Positions 8,270 through 17,067 of a stretch of DNA of 60,636 nucleotides are shown piece by piece; positions within the stretch are counted from its first letter, which is position 1; each line of letters begins with the position of its first letter. This DNA comes from a virus (taxonomy: Duplodnaviria > Caudoviricetes), in IMG/VR virus record IMGVR_UViG_3300020580_000015, positions 1 to 60,636 of that record; one strand, given 5' to 3'. The notes beneath the pieces are model-generated. The model was not told the origin of the DNA. It did no database searches and saw only the letters and a list, made by a program, of their open reading frames with translations. Position numbers and translations under genes: made by a program.

Positions 8270-8523
8270 TCGAGTGGCGCGACATCCCAGGATATCCGTA
8301 CTATCAGGCTAGTAGTGACGGCAGCGTTCGCTCGCTTGACAGATATGTGCAGTATCCGAACCACGTTCAGTTGGCGCGCGGCCGGAAGCTTACTCTAGCC
8401 GAAGCTGACGAGGTGAGAAAACTTCGAGCAGATGGTTGGTCTCTTCCGGCTCTATCGCGACGGTTCGATATGAATACGGGACAGCTGTGGCACATCACAA
8501 AAGATCATCAGTATGTCCGTTAA
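8263..8523 (+). pseudogene. NUMOD4-HTH remnant of a homing endonuclease lacking the HNH core
   Basis: EWRDIPGYPYYQASSDGSVRS (NUMOD4) joined directly to KLTLAEADEVR...LSRRF HTH. Confidence 0.65.
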
Positions 8524-10738
8524 AATATTATGGCTGGATTCTGAGACCAGGAGCCGAACCGACATCAGCGCCGGCACGGACCGCTACACGCGTGATTGCG
8601 AATGCCTCATTGTCACGTACGCGTTCGCCACTGACCCAGCTAAGATATGGTTCCCGCGCGTCGACCCGTTACCACCACGAGATCTGATGGATGCTCTGAA
8701 TGATCCAGAGTTTCTATTTGTAGCTCATAATGCCGCCTTCGATAGGTTAGTGCTTGAGCGCGCACTTCACCTTCGCACACCGCTGCGCCAGTGGCGGTGC
8801 ACGATGGCCGGCGCCTCCGCGCATGGGCTCCCGGGATCCCTCGATGCGCTCGGCAGGGTCTGCATGCTGACCGAGGACGAGGCAAAGCTGACGGACGATA
8901 AGGGGCTGATCCACACCTTCTGCGAGCCGAACACGGCGACCGGCAAGTTCAACGAGCCCGAAGATATGCCAGTAGAGTGGGCGCGCTTCTGCGCCTACGC
9001 CATTCGCGACACCGAAGCACTACGCACGATCTTCAATCGCATGCCGCAGGTGAACTATGCTGGCGTGAACCTTCGCAGCTGGATGCTGGACCAGCTCATC
9101 AACGAGCGCGGCTTCGGGTTCGACGTACCGCTCGCGAACGCCGCCTCAGATTTTCTTGACCTGGCGCGCGAGGCGTCGCGCAAGGTGATGCGCGCCAACA
9201 CAGAGGACCAGATCGGATCTGCCACACAGGCGAAGCGGCTGCTAGCGTACATCCGCAATCGTTACGACATCGACATCGAATCACTCCGCGCTGGTGACGT
9301 GAGGGACTACCTTGAAAGTGACGACCTGGACCCAATTCTTCGCACTGTTCTCGAAGAGCGGCTCGAAGCCGGAAAAAGTGCTGGTACTAAATTCAAGCGG
9401 GGACTTGCACTGGTTGGCCCCCAAAATCGCATCCGTCACTGGTGCCGTTGGTCAGGTGCGGGCCGTACAGGTCGTCACGCGGCACGCGGATACCAGCCGC
9501 ACAACATGGCTCGTCCGTCTATCACGGTGCGGCGGCCTCCTGGACACAAGCGAGCCGGACGCATCGAGCTGGAGCCGGTTAAAGCAAGCGTTATCGACGA
9601 TGTCATTATCCCCGGCATCTACAACAAGACTGCACTGAACAATCCGCTCGTGTACGGCGGCCCGTTCGAAGCGGTCGCCATCGCCGTGCGCCACGGCATC
9701 ATCGCCGCGCAGGGCAACGAGCTGGTCGTCGCCGACTTCAAGAACGTCGAGTCAGTGATCACTGCCTGGGTCGGCGGCGAGCAGTCGGTGCTCGATGCGT
9801 TTCAATTCTCGTTCGACAATCCGAAGGATAAGTCGAAGGATCCGTACCGCATGCTCGCCGGCAAGATGCTTGGCAAACCGCCCGAGGAAGTGAACGAATC
9901 CGAGCGGCAGATGGGTAAGGTCTGCATCCTGGCGTTCGGCTTCGGTGGCGGCGTCGCGGCGCTCGTCAACATGGCAATCGCGTATCAGATGGATCTGGAG
10001 CCGCTGGCCTTCATCGTGTTGCCGTCGGCAACGTCCGAGCAGCTAGAGAAAGCCAACAAGGCGTGGGAGCGCGCGTTCCTGACCGGCGAGGACTTCGAGC
10101 TGGAGCGCGACGTCTACATGGCCTGCGATATTTTGAAGCAGGCGTTCCGCACAGCCAACCCCGCGATCAATCAGATGCGCTACGATCTGAACACCGCGAT
10201 CCTCGAAGCGGTGGCCGACAAGAACGGTACGATCTACCACGTCGGTCGCTGCGCGATCTGGTGCAACGCTTCGTTCCTGGTGATCGAGCTGCCCAGCGGC
10301 CGCCGGCTGCTGTACGCTGCGCCGATCCTGAAGCAGGAAGAGGTTGAAGATCCGCTCGGCGGCAAGCCGTGGAAGTCCCGCTACATCACGTACTTAACGG
10401 TGCGTGGCCGAAGTTGGCGCCGTGAGCGAGCGTGGTCTGGTCTTTTCGTTGAAAACATCGTGCAGGCGATTGCGAACGACGTGCTGCGCGCTGCGATGCT
10501 GCGCGTGCACGACGACACGCTGACAGTGCCAGCCATCGCCGCGTATCTCGCGACGCTGGAGCCGTTCGCACGCACTGCTATCAGTTTACATGTACATGAC
10601 GAGATAGGTTTGGACTGCCCCAAAGGTAGCTATTCGGCTGAGAGATTCATGTCGGTAATTAAAACTAAGGAGCCGTGGATGGCTGGGCTGCCTATAGCCG
10701 CAGACATCTGGATCCACGAACGCTATGGTAAGCGCTAA
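8513..10738 (+). CDS. DNA polymerase, family A, with 3'-5' exonuclease
   Basis: LDSET, AHNAAFD, YAIRD; DFKNVE (motif A), RQMGK...FGGG (B), HVHDE (C). Confidence 0.95.
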   Translation: MSVKILWLDSETRSRTDISAGTDRYTRDCECLIVTYAFATDPAKIWFPRVDPLPPRDLMDALNDPEFLFVAHNAAFDRLVLERALHLRTPLRQWRCTMAGASAHGLPGSLDALGRVCMLTEDEAKLTDDKGLIHTFCEPNTATGKFNEPEDMPVEWARFCAYAIRDTEALRTIFNRMPQVNYAGVNLRSWMLDQLINERGFGFDVPLANAASDFLDLAREASRKVMRANTEDQIGSATQAKRLLAYIRNRYDIDIESLRAGDVRDYLESDDLDPILRTVLEERLEAGKSAGTKFKRGLALVGPQNRIRHWCRWSGAGRTGRHAARGYQPHNMARPSITVRRPPGHKRAGRIELEPVKASVIDDVIIPGIYNKTALNNPLVYGGPFEAVAIAVRHGIIAAQGNELVVADFKNVESVITAWVGGEQSVLDAFQFSFDNPKDKSKDPYRMLAGKMLGKPPEEVNESERQMGKVCILAFGFGGGVAALVNMAIAYQMDLEPLAFIVLPSATSEQLEKANKAWERAFLTGEDFELERDVYMACDILKQAFRTANPAINQMRYDLNTAILEAVADKNGTIYHVGRCAIWCNASFLVIELPSGRRLLYAAPILKQEEVEDPLGGKPWKSRYITYLTVRGRSWRRERAWSGLFVENIVQAIANDVLRAAMLRVHDDTLTVPAIAAYLATLEPFARTAISLHVHDEIGLDCPKGSYSAERFMSVIKTKEPWMAGLPIAADIWIHERYGKR

Positions 10739-11084
10739 CAAACTTGCTGCCAATAAACGTTGGGGAGAGCGCAACAAAGAGAGGATGCGCAAGTATCGCG
10801 CGCGTTGGGCGAAAGAAAAACGCGCCAAAGATCCGACTCTCTTAATGACGATTCGCAAACGAAGGGGCCTGCCTGAACCTACGCGAGCGACACCGTCAGC
10901 ATGCGAGTGCTGCGGAGTACCAGCAAGTAAAGCGCTCGATTTAGATCATTGCCACATATCTGGCGTGTTCCGCGGATGGCTGTGCAATAGATGCAATCGC
11001 GGATTAGGTTTCTTCAACGATAGCATCGAAGGTTTGATGAACGCGGTGCGCTACCTACAGCGCGCAGCCGGAGAACAGTCGTGA
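10725..11084 (+). CDS. endonuclease VII-family homing endonuclease
   Basis: CECC...LDHCH...RGWLCNRCNRGLG. Confidence 0.85.
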   Translation: MVSANKLAANKRWGERNKERMRKYRARWAKEKRAKDPTLLMTIRKRRGLPEPTRATPSACECCGVPASKALDLDHCHISGVFRGWLCNRCNRGLGFFNDSIEGLMNAVRYLQRAAGEQS

Positions 11085-11198
11085 GCGACGAAGACGACGA
11101 GTTTCGCAAACACATCTTAGGAATGGTTCAGATCCTAACCTTTGCCATCGCGCTGTGCCTTCTGGCGATGGTGTACTACACACAACCGGAGATAAATT

Positions 11199-11504
11199 AT
11201 GGACAAGACGAAGTACGAGCTGAAGGCGGAGGTGGAGACAGCGATGGTGCTCCCCAAAACGCTGCAGGCACAAACGGAGATGATGCCGTTCGCGGGCGCG
11301 ACCGTCGCGATGTACGCGGTGTACGGCAAGACCGATGACGACCGCCGCGTCTGGTGCGCCACGTTTTTAGATTCGGATGAAGCTATGGCTTGGGTGCAGG
11401 CGAGCAAGGTGTTCGGTCGCGCTGTGACCGGCGCAGTGATCGCGAAGCAACTAGCGGTCGTTGATGGTATCGCAGCCGCCACTGAGGGCGAGAAGCTGAA
11501 CTGA
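11199..11504 (+). CDS. hypothetical protein
   Basis: GGAG RBS, codon usage. Confidence 0.6.
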   Translation: MDKTKYELKAEVETAMVLPKTLQAQTEMMPFAGATVAMYAVYGKTDDDRRVWCATFLDSDEAMAWVQASKVFGRAVTGAVIAKQLAVVDGIAAATEGEKLN

Positions 11505-11505
11505 C

Positions 11506-11997
11506 ATGGCGTACAAGGATCCGGCTACCAAAAAAGCGTACGACGCGCTCTGGAAACTTAGTCCAGAATATAAGGCTAGACAGAAAGTGTACGCTAAAAA
11601 GTATCGAGCTAAGCCGGAAGTAGCAGCTGCAAGGTTGGCGTATAAGAGAATGAAATATAAAACAGACCCGACGTACGCTGCGACGGTTAAAAAAGCGTCT
11701 AGGGATTTTAGCAAACGGCTTGCTCCAGAAGCTGTCGCTGAGGAGCATCTTGTAAATTCGGTTAAGCTGATTGGGGGCATGTGCCCCAAGTTCATAGACC
11801 CAGGTCGCCGAGGAGCCCCGGATCGTATGGTGATGCTGCCGGGACATCCAGTGTATTTCGTAGAAATGAAAAAAGAGAAGGTAGGTAAATTATCCAGCTG
11901 GCAGAGTAGGTATCACGACGACTTACGTGCATTGGGTCACAAGGTGTGGGTTCTGTGGAGTAAGGAAGATGTCGACGCTTTCCTCCGTTCCATTTAA
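11506..11997 (+). CDS. VRR-NUC nuclease with basic N-terminal extension
   Basis: GAPDRMV...FVEMK...KLSSWQ. Confidence 0.85.
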   Translation: MAYKDPATKKAYDALWKLSPEYKARQKVYAKKYRAKPEVAAARLAYKRMKYKTDPTYAATVKKASRDFSKRLAPEAVAEEHLVNSVKLIGGMCPKFIDPGRRGAPDRMVMLPGHPVYFVEMKKEKVGKLSSWQSRYHDDLRALGHKVWVLWSKEDVDAFLRSI

Positions 11998-13372
11998 TCC
12001 TCGCGATTACCAGCGCATAGGTGCGCAGTTCATCATTGACCACCCACGTTGCATGCTGATCGCAGACCCTGGGCTAGGTAAGACCGGCACTGTGCTGATG
12101 ACGCTTGATCTTTTGAAGCTAGTTGGGTCGAATTACTTTCCGGCTCTAATACTTGCGCCAAAACGCGTAGCGGACGTGGTGTGGACAAACGAAGTGCAGA
12201 AGTGGTCAACGTTCAAAGACCTATCTATCGTGCAGATCACTGGTACAGAGAAGCAGCGGCTGGAGATCCTCCGCGCGCCGCGGTCCGACGTTTACGTTTG
12301 TAATTACGAACTTGTTGAGTGGCTGGTGAATCTCTGGCCGCAAGAGAAGTGGCCGTATAAAATTGTAGTAGCTGACGAGTGTTCTCGGCTTAAGGGGTTT
12401 CGCCTCAACAAAGGGACGAAGCGATCTACAGCTTTAGCTAAGATATCTCAGGTCACAGGACGTTGGATAAATTTGACCGGTACACCTTGCCCTCTGGGGC
12501 TACAAGATTTATGGGGGCAATATTACTTTTTGGACCGTGGTGAAAGGCTCAAGCGGTCGTACACAGCGTTCATGGAAGCGTACTTCATCGAGAACCAATG
12601 GACGCATCGAATCACTACGCAGCACGGCGCCGACACCGCTATCCATGAGGCTGTAAAAGACATCACGCTAGCGTTCCGCGCTGAGGATTGGCTCGACATT
12701 ACGCAGCCGCAGCTGCTGCCGGTAGAGTTCGAGATGCCGCCCGTCGCCAAGGCGCACTACAAGCGGATGGAGAAAGAGTTTTTCATGGAGGTGGACGATG
12801 CGCAGATCGAAGCTGGTACAGCTGCTATTAAGTCCTCTAAGCTTTTGCAAATATGCGCGGGCAGCGTTATCGATACGGAGACCCAAGCTACGCACAGCGT
12901 GCATGATGGCCGGCTCGAAGCCCTTGACGATGTCCTGGACCAGATCGAGCCGGAGCCGCTCCTGGTAAGCTACTGGTGGAAGAGTGACCCACCGCGCATC
13001 CTGGAGCATCTGAAGCGGCGTAAGATACCGGTTCGGCTCTACAGCGGGAAGCAGGATGAGGCGGATTGGAATGCGAGGAAGTTTCGTGTATTATTGCTGC
13101 AGGAGCAGTCCGCGTTCGGGCTGAACCTGCACGAGCCATGCCGTGATATCTTGCACTACAGCTACATCTGGAACGCTGAGCTGTGGACGCAAATGATCGA
13201 GCGGGTCGGCCCCGCTCGCCAGGTGCAAGCTGGCAAGACGGCCGTGGTTCGTGTATGGTACGCCATCGCGAAAGGCACCGTCGATCACGATGTGATCGAC
13301 AGCAATTTTGGCAAGATAACTGTAGAGCAGGCGTTCAAGCGCGCCCGCCGGAGAAGTAGAAATGGCGAATGA
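11969..13372 (+). CDS. SNF2-like SF2 helicase
   Basis: RDYQ, PGLGKT, VADEC, LTGTP, FGLNL. Confidence 0.92.
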   Translation: MSTLSSVPFNPRDYQRIGAQFIIDHPRCMLIADPGLGKTGTVLMTLDLLKLVGSNYFPALILAPKRVADVVWTNEVQKWSTFKDLSIVQITGTEKQRLEILRAPRSDVYVCNYELVEWLVNLWPQEKWPYKIVVADECSRLKGFRLNKGTKRSTALAKISQVTGRWINLTGTPCPLGLQDLWGQYYFLDRGERLKRSYTAFMEAYFIENQWTHRITTQHGADTAIHEAVKDITLAFRAEDWLDITQPQLLPVEFEMPPVAKAHYKRMEKEFFMEVDDAQIEAGTAAIKSSKLLQICAGSVIDTETQATHSVHDGRLEALDDVLDQIEPEPLLVSYWWKSDPPRILEHLKRRKIPVRLYSGKQDEADWNARKFRVLLLQEQSAFGLNLHEPCRDILHYSYIWNAELWTQMIERVGPARQVQAGKTAVVRVWYAIAKGTVDHDVIDSNFGKITVEQAFKRARRRSRNGE

Positions 13373-15038
13373 ACTGAGACCGCGCTGCCCCAAGTGCGAC
13401 AAGCTGATGATGCGCGGCGTCGACACACGAGGCAAGAAGCGCTGGGTGTGTCGCACGGCCGGCGTGCATTGCTATTCAACCGTAGGAGATCCCAACGTGG
13501 TAAAGAAACAGGACGGCTCGACGACACGGAAGGGGCCGCCCCCGAAGTTCAAGCGCTCGCTCGATTCGAAGATCTTCGTCGTCACGGCCGCGCAGAACGC
13601 GACGCCGATACACGAAGCGTTTTGGGCGTCGCTGCTGCAGTACTGCAAATTCCGTGGCGCGGAGCTGATGGTGATCCCCATCCGCTACAAGAACGCGACG
13701 TCGCGCTGGACCGAGTCGCAGGCGAATGCCGAGTGGTGGCTCGACCGACCGGACCTGCCGTACGAAGTCGCTGTCGCCGCCGGTACAACGAAGCAGGGCG
13801 AGACCGAGGAAGCGTACTACGCTCGCGTCTATCCGAATCGCAAGTACCTGTGGAACGTGCGCAAGGATCTCAACAAGAACATCACCGTGCTCGGTGACAT
13901 CAAGGTGCAGCCGACAGCCGTCAGCCCGTTGACCGGCTTCGAGGGCATCACGCACGGCGAGTCCGGCATCTTCGGTCACACGAAACTGCAGCTCAAGGTG
14001 GTCGCTACGCCGCAGGGTAAGTACCCGAAGATCCTCACTACGACCGGCGCCTGCACTGTGAAGAACTACACCGACACACGCGCCGGCAAGCTGGGCGAAT
14101 TCCACCACGCGCTCGCCGCGGTTGTGGTAGAGGTAGATGGGCCGCGCTTCCATCTGCGTCAGATCAACGCGAAAAGTGACGGCACGTTCTATGATCTAGA
14201 CTACCTGTACGACGGCACGAAGCGTAACCCGACCAACTACATAGGCTCTGGCGGTAACACACCCGCTCTCGTGATGGGTGATACGCACGTCGAGGGTATA
14301 GACCCCTCAGTGGAGCGCGCAACGTTCCAGGACATCGTCCCGTTCTTCCGTCCGAAGAAATTGTTTTGGCACGACCTGGAGGACGGCGGCAGCGTGAATC
14401 ACTGGGCGGCGAAGAACCCGTTCGTCACGGCGGCGCGGCATTATTCGAGCGCCGGTTCGGCGTCCGAAGAGTTCTATAGCGCGCTCAAATTCGTGAAAGA
14501 TCGTACGCCGGACGGCGCCACGTCATACATAGTAGCGTCTAATCACAACGATTGGTTACACCGCTGGATCCTGGATCGGGATTGGAAGACGCTGTCTCCT
14601 AAGGACCGCGGTTTCTACCTGCAGGTGGCGAGTAAGCTGTATGAGCAGTCAAAGCTACTCACGGGGGACGAAGCTGAAAGGCTAAACGCTTTCATTCTGC
14701 TAGCGAAGGAACACTTCGCAGGCGATCCCAGCGTGTCCGTGCTCGAATATGAGCAGAGCGCGCTGGTCGAAGGTATCGAGTGCGGCATGCACGGGCACTA
14801 TGGCTCGAATGGCTCGCGCGGCGGCCTGAAGAGTTTCCGCCGCATCGGTGTGAAGTCGATCACAGGGCATGAACACACGCCGGGAATCGAGGAAGGCGCA
14901 TACCGAGTGGGTACATCCACCCTGCTGTCGCGCGGCTACACGCACGGCCCCAGCTCGTGGCTGAACACGCACTGCGTGATATATCCGAACGGAAAGCGTA
15001 CATTGATCAACGTCATCGACGGAAAATGGAGGCTGTAA
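13362..15038 (+). CDS. T5 A1-like calcineurin-type metallophosphoesterase/nuclease with N-terminal zinc ribbon
   Basis: GDTH, HD, SNH, HGH, GHEH; colinear blocks recalled from T5 A1 (TAAQN, KNY..AG, FYDL, GIECG.HGH.G.NGSRG, GY..G.SSW..TH...Y.NG.RTLI). Confidence 0.8.
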   Translation: MANELRPRCPKCDKLMMRGVDTRGKKRWVCRTAGVHCYSTVGDPNVVKKQDGSTTRKGPPPKFKRSLDSKIFVVTAAQNATPIHEAFWASLLQYCKFRGAELMVIPIRYKNATSRWTESQANAEWWLDRPDLPYEVAVAAGTTKQGETEEAYYARVYPNRKYLWNVRKDLNKNITVLGDIKVQPTAVSPLTGFEGITHGESGIFGHTKLQLKVVATPQGKYPKILTTTGACTVKNYTDTRAGKLGEFHHALAAVVVEVDGPRFHLRQINAKSDGTFYDLDYLYDGTKRNPTNYIGSGGNTPALVMGDTHVEGIDPSVERATFQDIVPFFRPKKLFWHDLEDGGSVNHWAAKNPFVTAARHYSSAGSASEEFYSALKFVKDRTPDGATSYIVASNHNDWLHRWILDRDWKTLSPKDRGFYLQVASKLYEQSKLLTGDEAERLNAFILLAKEHFAGDPSVSVLEYEQSALVEGIECGMHGHYGSNGSRGGLKSFRRIGVKSITGHEHTPGIEEGAYRVGTSTLLSRGYTHGPSSWLNTHCVIYPNGKRTLINVIDGKWRL

Positions 15039-15039
15039 T

Positions 15040-15195
15040 ATGAAGTGGCTGCTAGTGTGGTGGATCATCTGCCCAGGTCATTCGCAGAAGATACACATGG
15101 AGAAGTACCAGAGCTACGAAGCCTGCGTGCACGAGATCACAACCATCCCGGTGCCGCCGGGGCGAACGCTGCGCGCACGTTGCAGCAAGGAGTAA
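15040..15195 (+). CDS. small hypothetical protein (51 aa)
   Basis: GGAGG RBS; MKWLLVWWIIC. Confidence 0.5.
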   Translation: MKWLLVWWIICPGHSQKIHMEKYQSYEACVHEITTIPVPPGRTLRARCSKE

Positions 15196-15201
15196 AGACA
15201 G

Positions 15202-15444
15202 ATGGCACAAACGAAACTTGGATCTATAGCGGAGGCCTGGGCGAACATCGCCGTCGGTTTCTCCATCAACTATTGCGCGAACCTGGTGATCCTTCCGCTG
15301 TTTGGCTTTCATAGCCTGACCGCGCGCAACAATTTTATCATCGGCTGCATCTACACCGTGATAAGCCTCGTGCGTAGCTACGTGCTGCGTCGCTGGTTCA
15401 ATGGACTGAAGTTCGGTCACGACAGTAAGCCGGCGGGAGGTTGA
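15202..15444 (+). CDS. small two-TM phage membrane protein (DUF7220-like)
   Basis: QTKLGSIAEAWANIAVG...ISLVRSYVLRRWFN. Confidence 0.75.
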   Translation: MAQTKLGSIAEAWANIAVGFSINYCANLVILPLFGFHSLTARNNFIIGCIYTVISLVRSYVLRRWFNGLKFGHDSKPAGG

Positions 15445-15445
15445 T

Positions 15446-15835
15446 ATGTCACTGTTTCCTGAAGACGACAAGGGTCGCAAGATGCTCCCCATCTTCGACT
15501 ATTTCACGCGCTATTTCCCCAAGGCGCATCGCGAGGTGACGAAGGTGTGCGTTGTCAACAACGTGCGCTACAATCCCGAGCGGGCGCCGAACGACATCAA
15601 CTGGGCGCGCGGCAAGAGTCCGAACCAACTCGGCAGCGGTTTCCGACACATGCTGGAGTCCGCGGTCGACGGCAAGGTGTTCGAAGCGGTACCGAAGAAC
15701 ATCGCCGAGCTGACCGGCATCGAGAAGGTGTACGTGCTCGCCGAGGCTGCTTGGCGCATTCACGCTGAGCTGGAGCTGACCATCGAGAAAGAGGAAGCGA
15801 AAGTGCCGCCTCAACTCGATTTACGGCACGATTGA
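15446..15835 (+). CDS. dATP/dGTP diphosphohydrolase-like domain (DUF5664-type)
   Basis: RK..P....YFP.A..EV, W.RGKS, RH, AAWR. Confidence 0.7.
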   Translation: MSLFPEDDKGRKMLPIFDYFTRYFPKAHREVTKVCVVNNVRYNPERAPNDINWARGKSPNQLGSGFRHMLESAVDGKVFEAVPKNIAELTGIEKVYVLAEAAWRIHAELELTIEKEEAKVPPQLDLRHD

Positions 15836-15846
15836 GGAGCGCGCCA

Positions 15847-16377
15847 ATGCTGGACAAACTGCTAGAATTTTTATCGAGCATATGGAACGACCTGATTCCT
15901 ATCGCGGTGCTGAACCCGTACACCGGAGGCGTACAGATCCGTTTGGGGAGAACTTTGCGCGTGCTCGGAGGCGGCAACTGGTATTGGAAGATCCCGTTTT
16001 TTGACTACATCCTCCACGACTTCGTGGTGCCGAGAACGGAGCGGCTGACGGGCATGGCGACAACGACAAGCGACGGCAAAGCTATCGGGTTCGATGCGGT
16101 GATCACGTACCGCATCTCCGATGTGGCTAAGGCGCTGCTAGAAGTGCACGACCTGAAGGACGCCATCGCAGACAGCTGCGCCGGCATCATAGGCACCGAG
16201 CTGAATACTCGGTCATGGGCCTCGATTATTCATGGTGACACGGTCGATGAGCTGACCGCGGCGTGCCGCAAGCGTGGGTGGAAGTGGGGAGTTGAGATTC
16301 AGCTGGTGCAGCTGACTGGCGTTGCGCCAGTGAAGAATTTGCGCGTGTCCCTGAGCGGCCACGCGCATGTACCTTGA
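15847..16377 (+). CDS. SPFH/band-7 domain protein
   Basis: GVQIRLG, WKIPFFD, TTSDGK, ITYRISD, WGVEI. Confidence 0.8.
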   Translation: MLDKLLEFLSSIWNDLIPIAVLNPYTGGVQIRLGRTLRVLGGGNWYWKIPFFDYILHDFVVPRTERLTGMATTTSDGKAIGFDAVITYRISDVAKALLEVHDLKDAIADSCAGIIGTELNTRSWASIIHGDTVDELTAACRKRGWKWGVEIQLVQLTGVAPVKNLRVSLSGHAHVP

Positions 16378-16400
16378 ATGGTGGTGAGTGCGAGACTTTG

Positions 16401-16430
16401 GGGCGCTTCGGCGCCCTCTTTTTATTTTAT
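16401..16430 (+). terminator. intrinsic terminator at the convergence of the early and late arms
   Basis: gggcgc-TTCG-gcgccc followed by T-rich tract. Confidence 0.8.
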
Positions 16431-17066
16431 GACGTTGACTATTTTGTGCCGATACTGCGTAGTCTGCGCCCGGTGTCTGGCTACAAAATCTTTCATTGTG
16501 ATACGACTACCTGAGACTGGCACCGTGGGTGTGGTCGGCGCTGCGGCGGATGTAACTGGCGCCTGCGCTGGGACTGGCTTCGCATCCATCGCTACAGGTG
16601 GCGGCGGTGTCGATGGCGTTTCATCCACGATGCTGCCGTTCGATACACGCGCGGTCGACATCTTATCGCCGAAATCGTCTTTCGATACCTTCGAGCTGGC
16701 GGGATCGAACATTCGGATCTTGTTGTCGTCGTACGCCAGCACGTAGCTCGGCACCTTCAGCTGCTGGGCGGTGCTGATGTCGTCTTCCGAAAACTGCGTC
16801 GAGCGTTTGCCTGACGGGTGCGAGTGGTAGGTCGAGTCAAGCGACCATCCCTTAGGTATACTCACCGCCGCCGCAAAGTGCGACCCGTCATTCTGACCCA
16901 CCGGCTCGGTTGCCGCGTATATGTTCTGCTCTTTGTTGTATAGCACCCCGCCGCCGCGCTCGAATTTCTTGGTGTCTATACCGCGTAGCGCCGCCGCCGA
17001 CGCCTCTCTGGCCGTCGGATATGTTTGATATGAGTCTGCTAATCTGGACGGTACTGGTTTTGCCAT
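16422..17066 (-). CDS. DUF4329/JAB(MPN)-like metalloprotein with Pro-rich tail
   Basis: FERGG...YHSHPSG...FSEDD (E...HxH...SxxD JAMM-like). Confidence 0.65.
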   Translation of the reverse strand: MAKPVPSRLADSYQTYPTAREASAAALRGIDTKKFERGGGVLYNKEQNIYAATEPVGQNDGSHFAAAVSIPKGWSLDSTYHSHPSGKRSTQFSEDDISTAQQLKVPSYVLAYDDNKIRMFDPASSKVSKDDFGDKMSTARVSNGSIVDETPSTPPPPVAMDAKPVPAQAPVTSAAAPTTPTVPVSGSRITMKDFVARHRAQTTQYRHKIVNVIK

Positions 17067-17067
17067 T

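Noticed and set aside
15446-15835. Z-genome or 7-deazaguanine DNA modification pathway
   Set aside because: A diphosphohydrolase-like gene alone; no PurZ, Que/Fol or DpdA-like genes recognised
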